From Octopus vulgaris (Eukaryota), in contig OX597837.1 of the NCBI GenBank assembly GCA_951406725.2, positions 8,184,001 through 8,248,000 on the forward strand: a DNA stretch of 64,000 nucleotides. Direction: 5' to 3'. Made by a program: the position numbers and the translations under genes. Below are positions 1 to 11,734 of the stretch, piece by piece (the stretch's first letter is position 1; each line of letters starts with the position of its first letter). The notes beneath the pieces were generated by a model that was not told the DNA's origin, did not search any database, and saw only the letters and a list, made by a program, of their open reading frames with translations.

Positions 1-69
1 GTTCTTTTTTTCTCTTTTGTTTTGAGAAAAGAGAAAAAGAATATTATTGTCGCAACATTACAAAATAAC

Positions 70-295
70 GCGGCGTGTTGACAAAATAATTAGCGCGTCG
101 ACCAAGTTACTTAGCGACATCTCTTCCGGTTAATTACGTTCTGAATTCAAATTTCGTTGAGGTCGATTTTACTTCTGCTTTTCATCCCTTCGTGGGTGCC
201 GGTAAAATAGAGTACCAGTGAAATACTGGAATCCATGGTATGGACAAATCCCCTTCTCTCTTAAATGGCTGGCCTTGTACCTAATTTAAAAACGT
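70..295 (+). mobile_element. Degenerate SINE family B copy
   Basis: ttacgttctgaattcaaatttcgttgaggtcgatttt...ttcatcccttcg...ggtaaaatagagtaccagt matches the family B body seen intact at 11013 and 38678. Confidence 0.7.
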
Positions 296-329
296 TATAT
301 TGAATAGTGAAGTCGTAATGTTGTAGATG

Positions 330-715
330 AAGGCGGCGAGCTGGTAATTCGCTACAGTGGAGGCACATGGACTAGTGGTTAGAGCAGCGGACTCGCGGTC
401 GCGGGATCGCGGGTTCGAATCTCAGACCGGGCGATGTGTGTGTTTATGAGCGAAACACCTAAGCTCCACGCTTCTGGTGGCAGAAGGTAATGGCGAAACT
501 TCTGCTGACTCTTCCGCCACAACTTTCTCTCACTCTTTCCTCCTGCATATTGCGACGGACCGGTGTCCCGTTCGGGTGGGGAACCTATACGCCAAGAAAC
601 CAGGAAACCGGCCCTTATGAGCCAGGCATGGCTCGAGAAGGAACAAACAACAAAATTCGTTACAGCTCCGGAAATTAAAATGCTTAGCGGTATTTCTTCC
701 AACATTACGTCCCGA
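330..715 (+). mobile_element. SINE B head interrupted by a SINE C insertion
   Basis: aaggcggcgagctgg at 330 resumes after the insert as aaaatgcttagcggtatttc...ttacgtcccgag at ~676-715. Confidence 0.65.
359..653 (+). mobile_element. tRNA(Arg)-like SINE family C, full length
   Basis: A-box-like tggactagtggtta, TCG anticodon-like ggactcgcggtc, B box ggttcgaatctc, (CAA)n-like tail; TSD aattcgctacag 346-357 / aattcgttacag 654-665; related copies at 47063 and 50029. Confidence 0.85.
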
Positions 716-950
716 GGATCTTTACCTTTGACCGACAGATTTAAAAAATAATTTTTTGTAACTAAACACTTTCATACTTCGGACATTGGTAGAATGTTTC
801 ATATAAAATATCTTTTACTCTTAGCGTTTTTGATAAAAGCTTATATTTAGGAAGTTATTTCACGTTAAAGTTGTAGTATTTCGGTAATTTCAGCCAATCA
901 ATGACGTGTGTTCAGCTGAATAAAATTATTGCCGTTGTTTGTCAACACCA
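716..950 (+). mobile_element. Truncated MITE related to the 7497-7936 element
   Basis: Starts ggatctttacctttgaccgacag (diverged left TIR) and shares gtaactaaac...aacttc/tacttc...ggtagaatg and ccaatcaatgacgtgt with 7497-7936. Confidence 0.6.
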
Positions 951-1059
951 CCCAATTCGACACAACCCTAACACCACACCAACACCCCCACTACAACAAC
1001 CGGCCATCATCACAACGCGACACCACGCTCCCGCCCACCATATCAACCCACGGCCAACA

Positions 1060-1560
1060 ACAATAACGATGACACCATCACCACCAAAACAGCAACCGAC
1101 GCCGCCGCCACGACCGCCGCCAACAGCACCATCACCATCAGCCACACCCATCCCAAAAGCACTCGCTTCGACACCACTCCACCACAGCCTCCCCCCCCAA
1201 CAAAAGCCCCACCACCTCCACCCCGCCACTCAACCAAACTCAACACAACACCCACCCCGACCTTCAACCTTCCACCCGCAACCAGCAACAATGATAACAC
1301 CAAAGACACAGCAACCGACGCCGCCGCCACAACCGCCGCCAACAACACCATCACCATAGCAATCAGCCACACCCATCCCAAAAGCCCTCGCCTCGACACC
1401 ACTCCACCACAGCCCCCACTACCGCCCCACAACCAAACCCAACACCCCACCCAAAACCCCACCACCACCTCGACCTCCACCATTCCACCTGCAACCAGCA
1501 ACAATGACAACACCATCACCACCCAAAGACATAGCAACCGACGCCGCAATCCCTCGCCGT
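1060..1560. repeat. ~220-bp C/A-rich tandem repeat, ~2.2 copies
   Basis: agcaaccgacgccgc recurs at ~1091, ~1310 and ~1533 with colinear flanks. Confidence 0.8.
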
Positions 1561-1924
1561 GCCCATCACCCACCAACATCAATAAATCCTCGTGAAATAC
1601 TAATTAAACGAGAAAGCAAAAACAATAAAAATAGATGTCCATATTTTTTAAAAGTCAACACGAACGTCAAATCTCCATTTGCTTCCATACATCAACGACA
1701 CCCCCCTCTTCTCCTTCCCGTCCTCCATCTTCTCTCTCTCTTCCGCCCCTCTACCTTCTCCCCCTTCCTCTCTCTCTTACCTTTCATTAAAGGCCTTAAG
1801 ATCTCCTCATGCGGTGAGTTCGAAACAAAGGATTTTCGGTTTTGGCAGAAGGAATGACGGGAGCTTTGTAAAGCTTATCTTTTTCAGACTTGAAAAATCA
1901 CATCACGCAGCTTCTTCCCCCACT

Positions 1925-2310
1925 TTCCTTCTTTCCTTCTTCGTTCGTTCGTTCGTTCGTTCCTTCCTTCCTTCCTTCCTTCCTTCCTCCCTCCCTCCCT
2001 TCCTTCCTTCCTTCCTTCCCTCCCTTCCTTCCTTCCTTCCTTCCTTCCTTCCTTCCTTCCTTCCTTCCTTCCTTCCCTCCTTCCCTCCTTCCTTCCTTCC
2101 TTCCTTCCTTCCTTCCTTCCTTCCTTCCTTCCTTCCTTCCCTCCCTCCCTTTGTTCCTTCCTTCAATCCTTCCTTCGTTCCTTCCTTCTTTCCTTCCTTC
2201 GTTCTTTCGTTCCTTCCTCCCTTCCTTCCTTCCTTCCTCCCTCCCTCCCTTCTTTCCTGCCTGCCTGCCTTCCTTCCTTCCTTCCTTTCTTCCTTCCTTC
2301 CTTCCTTCTC
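1925..2310. repeat. (CCTT)n/(TTCG)n microsatellite
   Basis: Directly visible. Confidence 0.97.
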
Positions 2311-2652
2311 TTCTCCCCCTTCTTCATGCGGAACGCCTTGTCGACGTGGACATTGTCGTTGCACGGGTCGTTGTTGCTGCTGTTATTGCTGCTGTTGCTA
2401 TTATCGCTAGCGTTGCTGTTCTTGCTGCTGTCGTTACAGCTGTTCATGTGTTTTCGTTATATTTGATATTGTTGTTGTTGTTGTTCCTGCTGCTCTTTTG
2501 AAGATTAATAAGGTTTAAAGGAACCTTTAAATTAATTACATAATTACTTAAATACAAAAAAAGTGGGATTTACAGGAACGATGGCTGAGTGAGTCAAGTG
2601 TTTGTCAGTCACATGTTGGGCACGAGTTCGGATCTGCTACACATGACCGCAT

Positions 2653-2693
<41 letters not shown>

Positions 2694-2824
2694 ACGAGTG
2701 TGACAGAAAGAGGGAGAAAAAAGAAGAGAGACAGAGAGAGGTAGAAAGGGAGAGAGAGAGAGAGAGAGATTGGGACAGAAAGATAGAATGGGGGATTTTC
2801 ACAATGTGTCGCCTCTGTTCATAA

Positions 2825-2935
2825 AGTCGACTCTTTACTCCGGTCCTGCTCAGTAGCGAACCTATATATGTGCTGTTTGGAGCGTTCCTTGAATCTGCCG
2901 CCCTTTCCCGTGGGCCTCGACAAGCCCATTCAGAA
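2825..2935 (-). pseudogene. RTE-like LINE ORF 3' end relic
   Basis: Minus strand reads VLNGLVEAHGKGRQ and then EQDRSK, resembling the RTE C-terminal L.G.VEG.R.RGR...A.DR..W motif. Confidence 0.35.
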
Positions 2936-3114
2936 CAGTTCTATATTTAAGAGATGAGGAATTATGTACATTATTTACATTATCTACATTTGACGGATAT
3001 TTGTCCTCATCTTGTTTGTTGTTAACACAACGTTTCGACTGATATACTCTCCAGCCTTCATCAGGTGTCTTGGGAAAATTTCGAACCTGGGTTCTCATTC
3101 CTAAGGTATTTTTC
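2936..3114 (-). mobile_element. Penelope-like pLTR fragment carrying a hammerhead motif
   Basis: Contains the minimal HHR at 3025-3068; PLE assignment is inferred from the known pLTR-HHR association. Confidence 0.55.
3025..3068 (-). ncRNA. Minimal type-I hammerhead ribozyme
   Basis: Reverse complement: acac CTGATGA a ggctg gagagtatat cagtc GAAAC GTT gtgt; stem I acac/gtgt, stem II ggctg/cagtc, palindromic AACGTT stem III. Confidence 0.7.
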
Positions 3115-3177
3115 TATGTTGTTGTTGTTATTATTATTATTATTATTATTATCATCATCATCATCACTATTATTCAT

Positions 3178-3243
3178 GGTAACGTGCAGTGGAACTGAAC
3201 TCAGTACCCAGTGGTTGTGAAGTGAACTTCTCCATACAGCCGT
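3178..3243 (-). mobile_element. SINE A head fragment
   Basis: cgtgcagtggaactgaac...tggttgtgaagtgaacttctccatacagcc matches the reverse complement of the family A head. Confidence 0.6.
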
Positions 3244-3365
3244 TGGCAAAGTCGATCTCAGCGGAATTTGAACTCAGAACGTAAAGACAGGCGAAATACA
3301 TATTTCGGTGGTTCACTTTATGCATATAGTTTTAACGTATTTAATTTTTTTCATTAATATTCGCT

Positions 3366-3730
3366 GGTATGGTTTATGGTGAAGTTCACTTCACAACCAC
3401 TGGGTTCAATTCCACTGCGCGGTACCTTAGGTAAGCGTCTTCTTCTCATAGTACTGTCAGGCGACAAAGGCCTTCAGAGTGGTTGACAGAAACTGTGTGG
3501 AAGCCTATCATGTGTGTGTGTGTGTGTGTGTTTATTTCCCATCACTTGATAAACGTCATTAGTTTTTTTACGTCCCCATAACTTAGCGGTCCAGCAAAAA
3601 AGGTTCGATAGATCAAGTACCTAAATACCAGATTACAAAAAAAATATCTACTGAGGCCCGTCTGATCGACCAAATTCTTTTAAAGCCGTGCTACAGTATG
3701 GCCGCAATTAAATGATTAAAAAAGAAAGAA
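3366..3730 (+). mobile_element. Degenerate SINE family A
   Basis: gggttcaattccactgcgcggtaccttaggtaagcgtcttc...cgtccccataacttagcgg...gtgctacagtatggccgca. Confidence 0.75.
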
Positions 3731-4134
3731 AATGATGGTTCAGCCTATGAATACAAAATGACATTAAATCATAGAATATATAATTAATTGATTAATTATT
3801 TTAATATTTGGAAGGGAATCATGGCTTAGATACAAAAGAAAGGAAAAAAGGTAATTTCTTTGAAGCTTTTATAAAACTAAAGAAGATTATGGAGAGTTCT
3901 GGGGATTAAATGTCACGCTTTTGGTTAGGAATGGAATGGTTCGAGACATACCAAAGCTACCATATATTGATTCCAAATTCTAGTGCAAGGTGAGGAATTT
4001 CGGGGGAGGGGTGGGGCAAATCTATTATGTCGACTTTTAGTAACCATTGGTTTAAAATTTTGTAACAAGGTCAGTAATTTTGGGTGTGAGGTTAAGTCTA
4101 TCATAATCACCCCACCACCACCACCACCACTAGT

Positions 4135-4420
4135 GCTTAACTGGTATTTACTTTATCGAGAGGTCGACTTTGCCTTTCATCCTTTTGGGGGTCGATAAAT
4201 TAAGTACCAGTTACGCACTGGGGTCGATATAATCGACTTAATCCGTTTGTCTGTCCTTGTTTGTCCTCTCTGTGTTTAGCCCCTTGTGGGTAGTAAAAAA
4301 ATAGGTATTTATTTTATCGACGCTGAAAGGAGAAAAGGTAAAGCCGACCTCGGTGAAATTTGAACTCGGAGCGCAAAGACAGATGAAATGCCGCCAAGCA
4401 GTTTAGCCCAGCGTGCTAAA
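4135..4420. mobile_element. 5'-truncated SINE B (+, ~4160-4305) nested in an older SINE B (-)
   Basis: Near-consensus B body and tail on +, flanked by minus-strand B pieces (ctggtatttactttatcga / ggtatttattttatcgac...ctcggtgaaatttgaactc). Confidence 0.75.
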
Positions 4421-5453
4421 TAGCTTGCAAGTTAATGCTTTGTGCTGTATCCTACCTTTTTGTGTTATCAGTACGGTTTAATCATTTTTGAGTTATCTCT
4501 ACGAATGTTGTATAGAATTCAGAACCAGCACTGAGGCATACATCAATGGCTTATTTCTCTATCTTCGGTCGCATTGTTTATAAAGACGTATTCGAATACG
4601 AAACTTTGTAACTTTCAGTGTTGCCTCTAAGTTCTATAGAATATTTATAGAAATAATCTCAAAGTTACTAACTTTGGTACAAAGCCATGTATTTTAGATA
4701 ACGATGAATCGATTAAACCGATCGATACTTATTTTATCGTTACCGGAATGATGAAAGATAAATTTAGCTTTGGCCGGATTCGAACTCAGAATGCGTTGGA
4801 AAGTTACGAAATAGTGATTTTTGGTACTGTTCAGGTCTTTATCACTCGTCATATCAATTTGTGAAATCCATTAGATAACTGTCAGATTTTGGAACTGTCT
4901 GGAAACATTTAAGAGGCTTTTAAAGTCTTACTTCCCATTGGCTACACTCATAAAATAGCCAATATAAACAGATAAATCACGCAGGACCGTTCTTCTGTTC
5001 CCCATTATGCAACCGTAACTAGCCTAATATCGGCCCTTCTAAAGAGTATTACTTTTTTTTCTCTTTCTCAAACATTAACTTATTGAGTTAAGGTCTCTCC
5101 TGCAGATGACAGTGAAACGAAGAGGCAATATTTATTGAGAAATTTCCAACTACCGACAAGTTTGCAAATTCTATTTTCTACAAATGGATTTGCCATGCTG
5201 TTGTTGATGGTTCCATATTCCGAAACCATTCGTATATTATCTATCAACAATAAAATTTCAACAAGAAGAGTAGATTCTGCTGACAACATGTATTTTAGTT
5301 TTATGTTATCTGTGACGGAATGGACGAAAATACCATATGCTTCTGCAAAGAATAGTAGATGAAAAGATGACACGTATCCCCAAGGACAAATTCAGTTTTG
5401 TTTCTTTGACATACAAATACGTCTCGATAAACTATTAAACTTTTATATATCGA

Positions 5454-5840
5454 CTAGTAGTATCGCCCGGCGTTGCTCGGGTTTGTAAGGGAAATAACTG
5501 TATAAGCATTTTTTGAGAGTTATAGCCAAAAAATAGCAAAAAAATGCATTAAAAATGGAAAAAAAATTATGGCAATTTTTTTTTTAAATCGTTGACTCAT
5601 CGTAGACATTTTTAGAGAGTTACTTCCCTTATATAATAGCGAAAAAATGGAAAAAATGATGGTAATTTTTTTTTTTAATCGTAGACTCATCGTAGACGCG
5701 CGCTAATACCCAGAAGGGCTCGATATGAATCACGACTATAAGATACCCGCTTTTGGTTAAACTGCACCGCAAAATGTGGGAGTAGTTAGGAATCTAAATC
5801 GTATGAGACAGACACACAACTTCACTTTTATATATAAAGA
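5454..5840 (-). mobile_element. Non-autonomous Helitron
   Basis: Minus strand begins A|TCTTTATATATAAAAG and ends cccgagcaacgccggg (hairpin) cgatacta CTAG|T; inserted in AT with no TSD; internal ~90-bp duplication. Confidence 0.85.
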
Positions 5841-6641
5841 TGTGTTGTCGACCTCGGTGGAATTTGAACTCAGAACGTAACGGCAGACGAAATTTTTGTA
5901 TAATTCTGTTTTATAAAATTTAGGAACCGTTTATATGTTATTTCCCAACCTTGAAATTTCTACAAAGAGAGTGCATCTTGTTTGCATATATTTCAATCTT
6001 GTTTATATTTGGGTGCGGAATGCACGAAAATACCGTAATTTTGCATATAATAGTGTTTAGATTAAAAGAAGACGCGTTTGCCCACAGTTCAAATGTGAAA
6101 TTCAATATTTGAAAGTCATACATTCGAAAAGTTAGCGTACGGTTTCAAATACCACTGAAGATAAAAAAAAATTTTTTTTTATTTCTTGCTCTCACATTAA
6201 ATTTGCTTATATATATATAAATAAATATATATACATATATATGAAATATTCAAGTTTTATGATCTATAAATCGGAATATTAATTTATATAAATATATTTC
6301 AAGTATTATGCAAAATAATCGTCGCTTTCATAGAACATAACATTTGAATATTTTACAAATAGAAACAGATTTAAATCGAAACAAATTTAAACATGAAACA
6401 ACAAAAGAATAAATTAGTATATATGTATATATATTTTATCTTCCGTGCTATTTGAAACTGCGTACGACAATTTTGAAGAGATTTTTTAATGATGGTTTTT
6501 AATAAAGATGGTAGTAGTATAATGTATATATAATTTGTGTAGATATAATTGTGTGATGTATAATGTGTCATTGATATTGCTATCAATATTAGTAGAACAT
6601 TCTAACTAGATGTAAATTGATAATTGTTGTATACTAAATTT

Positions 6642-6782
6642 GGAGGCGCGTGGTTTGTGGTTAGGATGTTGGAGTCACAATCGTAAGATTGTGGTTTCGA
6701 TTCCTGGACCAGGCGATGCGCTGTGTTCCTGAGCAAAACATTTCATTTCACGTTGCCGCAGTCCACTCAGCTGTAGAAATAA
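6642..6782 (+). mobile_element. tRNA-derived SINE (family D-like head plus central domain)
   Basis: ggaggcgcgtgg..gtggttagg A box, ggtttcgattcct B box, tgtgttcctgagcaaaacatttcatttcac central motif. Confidence 0.7.
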
Positions 6783-6892
6783 GGGATTGGTTCCATCGGG
6801 CTTTCTCACCCTAGATACACTGCATGGCTGCAGCACCCCAACGACCCCCAAAGGTTAAAGAACTCGTCAATTGTCAATATATCAAATTTATG

Positions 6893-7462
6893 GCTGTGAG
6901 CTGGCAGAATCTTTAGCATGCCGGACAAAGAGCTTAGCCTCATATCTTCCGGCTTTACGTTCTGAGTTCAAATTTCCCCAGGGTCGTATTTGTCTTTCCT
7001 CTGTGTAATCGGTTAATCCCTCTCCACAAATTCACACCTCATGCCTATAAAAGAACAGTTTATTATTGAAGGTAGCGAGCTGGCAGACTCGATAGCATTT
7101 CGCATATAACGCTGAGTGACATTTCTGCGGTCTATATGTTCTGAGTTCAAATTCCGCCGAGGTCAACTTTGTCTTTCATCCTTTCGGGGTCAATAAAATA
7201 AATACCAGTTGAGCTCTGGGATCGATATAACCGACCACCCCTCGCCCTCTGCCTATAGGAGAAAGAATTTAAGATGGCATGTGAGCAGAATTATAAGCGC
7301 GTCGAACAAAAACACATAACGACATTTCTTTTGGCTTTTCCCATCCTGATATTCAAATCCCCTAGGGGTCAACTTCATCTTTCATCCTTTCGGGGTCGAA
7401 TAAATAGGTACCAGTGAAATACTGGGGTCGATATAATCGACTAGCGTCCTCCCACCAAAATT
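6893..7462 (+). mobile_element. Three adjacent older SINE B copies
   Basis: gagctggcaga/gagcaga...tcaaat...tttc repeated at ~6893, ~7068 and ~7270. Confidence 0.75.
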
Positions 7463-7496
7463 ATATTCGGAATATAACTACAATCTTTCAATTTGT

Positions 7497-7936
7497 GGAT
7501 CTTTTCGGTTTGAACGGCAGCTTTTAACATAATTTCTAGGTAACTAAACGCTTTTAAACTTCTTATACTGGTAGAATGTGTTTATAAGACATCTTTTTCT
7601 CTTGGCTTTATTGAGAAAATTCTATTGTTTGTAAGATATTTGTTGTTTTTTTTCTTCAATTTCCGCAATTTCAACCAATCAATGACGTGTATTGAGGTAA
7701 AAAACATTCTGTGCCGTATGAATATGTCCCTCGTTTGAGAAACAGATTGGGTTTATTTACATTTCTGAAGAAAAAAAGATACCCTTCCCCCACCCCTAAC
7801 CCTAACTAGCTCTAACTAACCCTAACCCTAACCCTAAAACATTGAAATGCAATAGATCGATACTAGGGTCATAATTATGGGTGACAATTTCATATGACAC
7901 CGCTATAAAAAACTGCCGTTCAAACCGAAAAGATCC
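7497..7936. mobile_element. MITE with 24-bp TIRs and 8-bp TSD (Merlin-like)
   Basis: GGATCTTTTCGGTTTGAACGGCAG ... CTGCCGTTCAAACCGAAAAGATCC; TSD caatttgt/cactttgt; internal (CCTAAC)n. Confidence 0.88.
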
Positions 7937-8099
7937 CACTTTGTTTATCAACAACAATGATCCAATAATGATAATTGTTACACATCGAACTTTAGAAAAG
8001 TATTGCATATTTTTACTGTTCCGCTTACTTTGTATCCGTAAAGTTCGTGTGAATCGCTCTTTTTTTTTACCTTAACAATCCTAGCTTCTTCAGGTTGTC

Positions 8100-8185
8100 G
8101 CTCAACCTTATAATAACATAACCAATTGTACTAACGATTATTAGAACAAATGTGAATTTATCAACCAGATTTGAGGAACACCAGA
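8100..8185 (+). pseudogene. Possible Penelope GIY-YIG endonuclease relic (frameshifted)
   Basis: Pieces read NLI.NIT-NCTNDY-EQ-NLSTRFEEHQ, like IY.I.C..C...YIGQT...L.TR..EH. Confidence 0.35.
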
Positions 8186-8254
8186 TTTCGACGATATTAT
8201 CTTTCTCGCTGATTTCGTAAAGCGACATTCTCACATCAACAGTGCAAATAACCT

Positions 8255-8515
8255 CTATGTTTATGTATGTATGTATGTATGTATGTATGTACGTATGTAT
8301 GCATGTATGCATGTATGTATGTATGTATGTGTGTGTATGTATGTTTGTATGTATGTATGTTTGTATGTATGCATGTATGCATGCATCTATGTATGTATGT
8401 ATGTATGCATGCATCTATCTATGTATGAATGTATGCATGCATGCATGTATGCATGTATGTATGTATGTATGTATGTATGTATGTATGTGTGTGTATGTAT
8501 GTATGTGTGTGTATC

Positions 8516-8549
<34 letters not shown>

Positions 8550-8997
8550 TGTATGTATGTATGTATGTATGTATGTATGTATGTATGTATGTATGTATGT
8601 ATGTATGTTTGTATGTATGTATGTATGTATGTATGTGTGTAAGTATGTATGTATGTATGTATGTATGCATGTATGTATGTTTGTATATATGTGTGTGCAT
8701 GTATGTATGTATATAGATATGTATGTATGTATGCGTGTGTATGTATGTATGTGTGTGTGTGTGTGTTTGTATGTATGTATGTATGTATGTATGCGTATTT
8801 ACGTGTGTATTGTCTTCTTTTCGTTGTCCATTCTCCGGTTATTTTCTCTCTGAATTTTATTTTTCTTCTCTCAGCGTCAGCCATGACACTTTTTGTATGC
8901 GCTTTGCTAATCATGCAGGAAATGTGCTAAATCGGTGCCGGAAGCATCCACATACAGCATGCATTTCGGTAACCGTGACACACAGCAGAGAATGCTT

Positions 8998-9036
<39 letters not shown>

Positions 9037-9100
9037 TACATACATACATACATACATACATACATACATACATACATACATACATGCATACATACAAAGA
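8255..9100. repeat. (ATGT)n, (CA)n and (CATA)n microsatellites
   Basis: Directly visible. Confidence 0.95.
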
Positions 9101-9327
9101 TATCAATGTGATGCACACCGGTTAAAGAAATAAATGTACTAATACTAATATACAAACACGAGTATGCACAGATATCCCTCTCTCTTCCCCATCTCTCTCT
9201 ATCTATCTATCATCATCGTCATCATTATCATCAGATATATGTGTGTGTTTGTGTGTGAGTATATATATAGTTAGGTAGATAGATATAAGTGCAATATATA
9301 TTCAATGTACATTGTCTGGCTGTTTCT

Positions 9328-9490
<163 letters not shown>

Positions 9491-9497
9491 TAATATA

Positions 9498-9613
9498 CTT
9501 TATTTAAAAGCAGTGTGATATTTCTGCTGCTTTTAAATAAAGCACATTATTCTACCTCTGGTATTTGAATACTCTTTTTTCCACCTTGTTTCACATTTAT
9601 GTGCTTACTTCGG
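9498..9613 (+). mobile_element. Short inverted repeat plus extension between microsatellites
   Basis: ctttatttaaaagcag (9498-9513) / ctgcttttaaataaag (9527-9542), then ~70 bp of unique extension; same layout as the larger fold-back elements. Confidence 0.5.
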
Positions 9614-9693
<80 letters not shown>

Positions 9694-9701
9694 CACATAC
9701 A

Positions 9702-10160
9702 CAATAATAAATCTCTGAGCAAGATGTAAACAGTAGCAGCTCCGACATCGTGAAGTATATTTGCCACCTAAATATGGCTGATCCATATGGGACGATGCCT
9801 TTGTAGCTTATAGCCCCAGCAACTTCTGATCGAGCACAGACAGTGTGTCGTTAGCCAGCTGGAGGAGATGTCTTCCTGTGGCTATAAACTACAGTAGCAT
9901 CGTCCCATATGGGTCAGCCACATTTAGGTGGCAAATATACTTCACGATGTCGTGCTGCTACTGTTTATATCTCGCTCAGAGATTTATTATTGCATGTTTC
10001 TCCGTTTTCGAGACCAGCGACGTTTTGTCACCGGAAAAGCATATAGTATTTTGCGTTCGATATCACATCTGATCCCTAGACAGTGATTGTCACATGCTGA
10101 TGACGGGTTACTACTCAGAAACCCGGGTCCGTGTGTATCACGTCAGGCTAGAAATGAGAA

Positions 10161-10162
<2 letters not shown>
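9702..10162 (+). mobile_element. Fold-back element (arms 9702-9819 / 9876-9992) with HHR-bearing 3' extension
   Basis: ~118-bp imperfect inverted arms; flanked by (CA)/(TA) tracts; partial second copy at ~10428-10541. Confidence 0.8.
10091..10135 (+). ncRNA. Minimal type-I hammerhead ribozyme
   Basis: cacatg CTGATGA c gggt tact actc a GAAAC ccgg GTC cgtgtg; palindromic ACCCGGGT stem III; GUC site. Confidence 0.8.
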
Positions 10163-10207
<45 letters not shown>

Positions 10208-10319
10208 TATATGAATATGTATTCATATATGTGCGCATATACATATGTATATATGTATATATATATTTGCATATATGTATATATATATGTGTGTATGTAT
10301 GTATATGTGCATATATATT

Positions 10320-10359
<40 letters not shown>

Positions 10360-10427
10360 TATATGTATATTTATATATATATATATGTATTTATATATAT
10401 ATGTGTGTTTATATCCCTTCGCAAATA

Positions 10428-10541
10428 CTGATCGGTCACAGTGTGTCGTTAGCCAGCTGGAGGAGATGTCTTCCTGGGGCTATACATTACAATAACATCG
10501 TCTCATAGGGGTCAGCCACATTTAGGTGGCATATATACTTC
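10428..10541 (+). repeat. Partial direct copy of the 9702 element (spacer plus right arm)
   Basis: acagtgtgtcgttagccagctggaggagatgtcttcctg...gtcagccacatttaggtggca matches 9840-9945. Confidence 0.85.
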
Positions 10542-10689
10542 AATATATATATATAAACTAAACACTCGTATAAATAAGTACACACTGGCCACAGCAGTTA
10601 CATATACATGTAATAGAACGTAGAAACGATATGTAACAAAGCCTTGCAGAGGCTGTGAATATTATGGAAAACAGCAATGGAGTCGAACA

Positions 10690-10900
10690 AGGATGGAACA
10701 GCCACAGCTTACAAATCAAAGAAAAAAACAATCTGAAGCATTCGACATCACGCTTGTCTCTATTGGATGACTGACTCATACAGAACAACTACCGCATTAC
10801 AGTTCAACAGAAAGCTTTTAGAATTATTACAGTTGACGTAGCAGATTCCGAGAGGAGAACAACAACAGTTACTTGTGGAAGTTCACATCAAAGGAAACGG
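10690..10900 (+). pseudogene. RTE-like LINE C-terminal relic
   Basis: LTNQRKKQSEAFDI and RGEQQQLLVEVHIKGNG resemble RTE LT...KRL.AFE and L.EG.I.GKR motifs. Confidence 0.35.
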
Positions 10901-11012
10901 GTTATTCAGCTTTTATTTTTATTGCTTGTTTTAGTCATTGGATTGCAGCCATACTGGAGCAACGTCATCGGTGCCTTAGTCGAACAAATCGACTGCGGTA
11001 TTTACGTGTATG

Positions 11013-11246
11013 GAAGGCGGCGAGCTGGCAGAAACGTTAGCACGCCGGGCGAAATGCTTAGCCGTATTTCGTCTGTCGTTACGTTCTGAGTTCAAATTCC
11101 GCCGAGGTCGACTTTGCCTTTCACCCTTTCGGGGTCGATAAATTAAGTACCAGTTACGCACAGGGGTCAATCTAATCGACTTAATACCTATGTATGTCCT
11201 TGTTTGTCCCCTCTGTGTTTAGCCCCTTGTGGGTAATAAAGAAATA
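11013..11246 (+). mobile_element. SINE family B, young full-length copy
   Basis: aaggcggcgagctggcagaaacg..gagttcaaattcc (B box)..gcctttcaccctttcggggtcgataaattaagtaccag; 16-bp TSD ggtatttacgtgtatg 10997-11012 / 11247-11262; sits in an older minus-strand SINE A. Confidence 0.9.
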
Positions 11247-11325
11247 GGTATTTACGTGTATGTGTTTTTTGTTTTTTTTTTTTTTAATGTTTATACTTAT
11301 TCTATTGGAATTTTTTTGTCGAACG

Positions 11326-11712
11326 GGTATAAGGAGTGGCTGTGTGGTAAGTAGCTTGCTTACCAGCCACATGGTTCCGGATTCAGTCCCACTGCGTAGC
11401 ATCTTAGGCAAGTGTCTTCTACTAAAGTTTCGGGCCGACCAAAGCCTTGTGAGTGGATTTGGTAGACGGAAACTGAAAGAAGCCCGTCCTATATTTGTAT
11501 ATGTTTATATATGTGTGTGTGTTTGTGTGTTTTCCCCCCAACATCGCTTGACAACCGATGCTGGTGTGTTTACGTCCCTGTAACTAACAGTTCGGCATAA
11601 GAGACCGATAGAATAAGTACTAGGCTTACAAAGAATAAGTCCTGGGGTCGATTTGCTCGACTGAGGCGGTGCTCCAGCATGGCCGCAATCAAATGACTGA
11701 AACAAGTAACAG
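11326..11712 (+). mobile_element. SINE family A, full length
   Basis: ggagtggctgtgtggtaag head, gattcagtccc B-box-like motif, tcttaggcaagtgtctt CORE-like motif, central microsatellite, tail ggcggtgctccagcatggccgca..aaatgactgaaac. Confidence 0.9.
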
Positions 11713-11734
11713 AATAATAATATATATTCGTATA

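Noticed and set aside
359-430. tRNA-Arg gene
   Set aside because: Continues into a SINE body and tail with a TSD; several diverged copies occur in the window.
7793-7836. True telomere or chromosome fusion site
   Set aside because: Only a few CCTAAC units, inside a TIR-bounded MITE.
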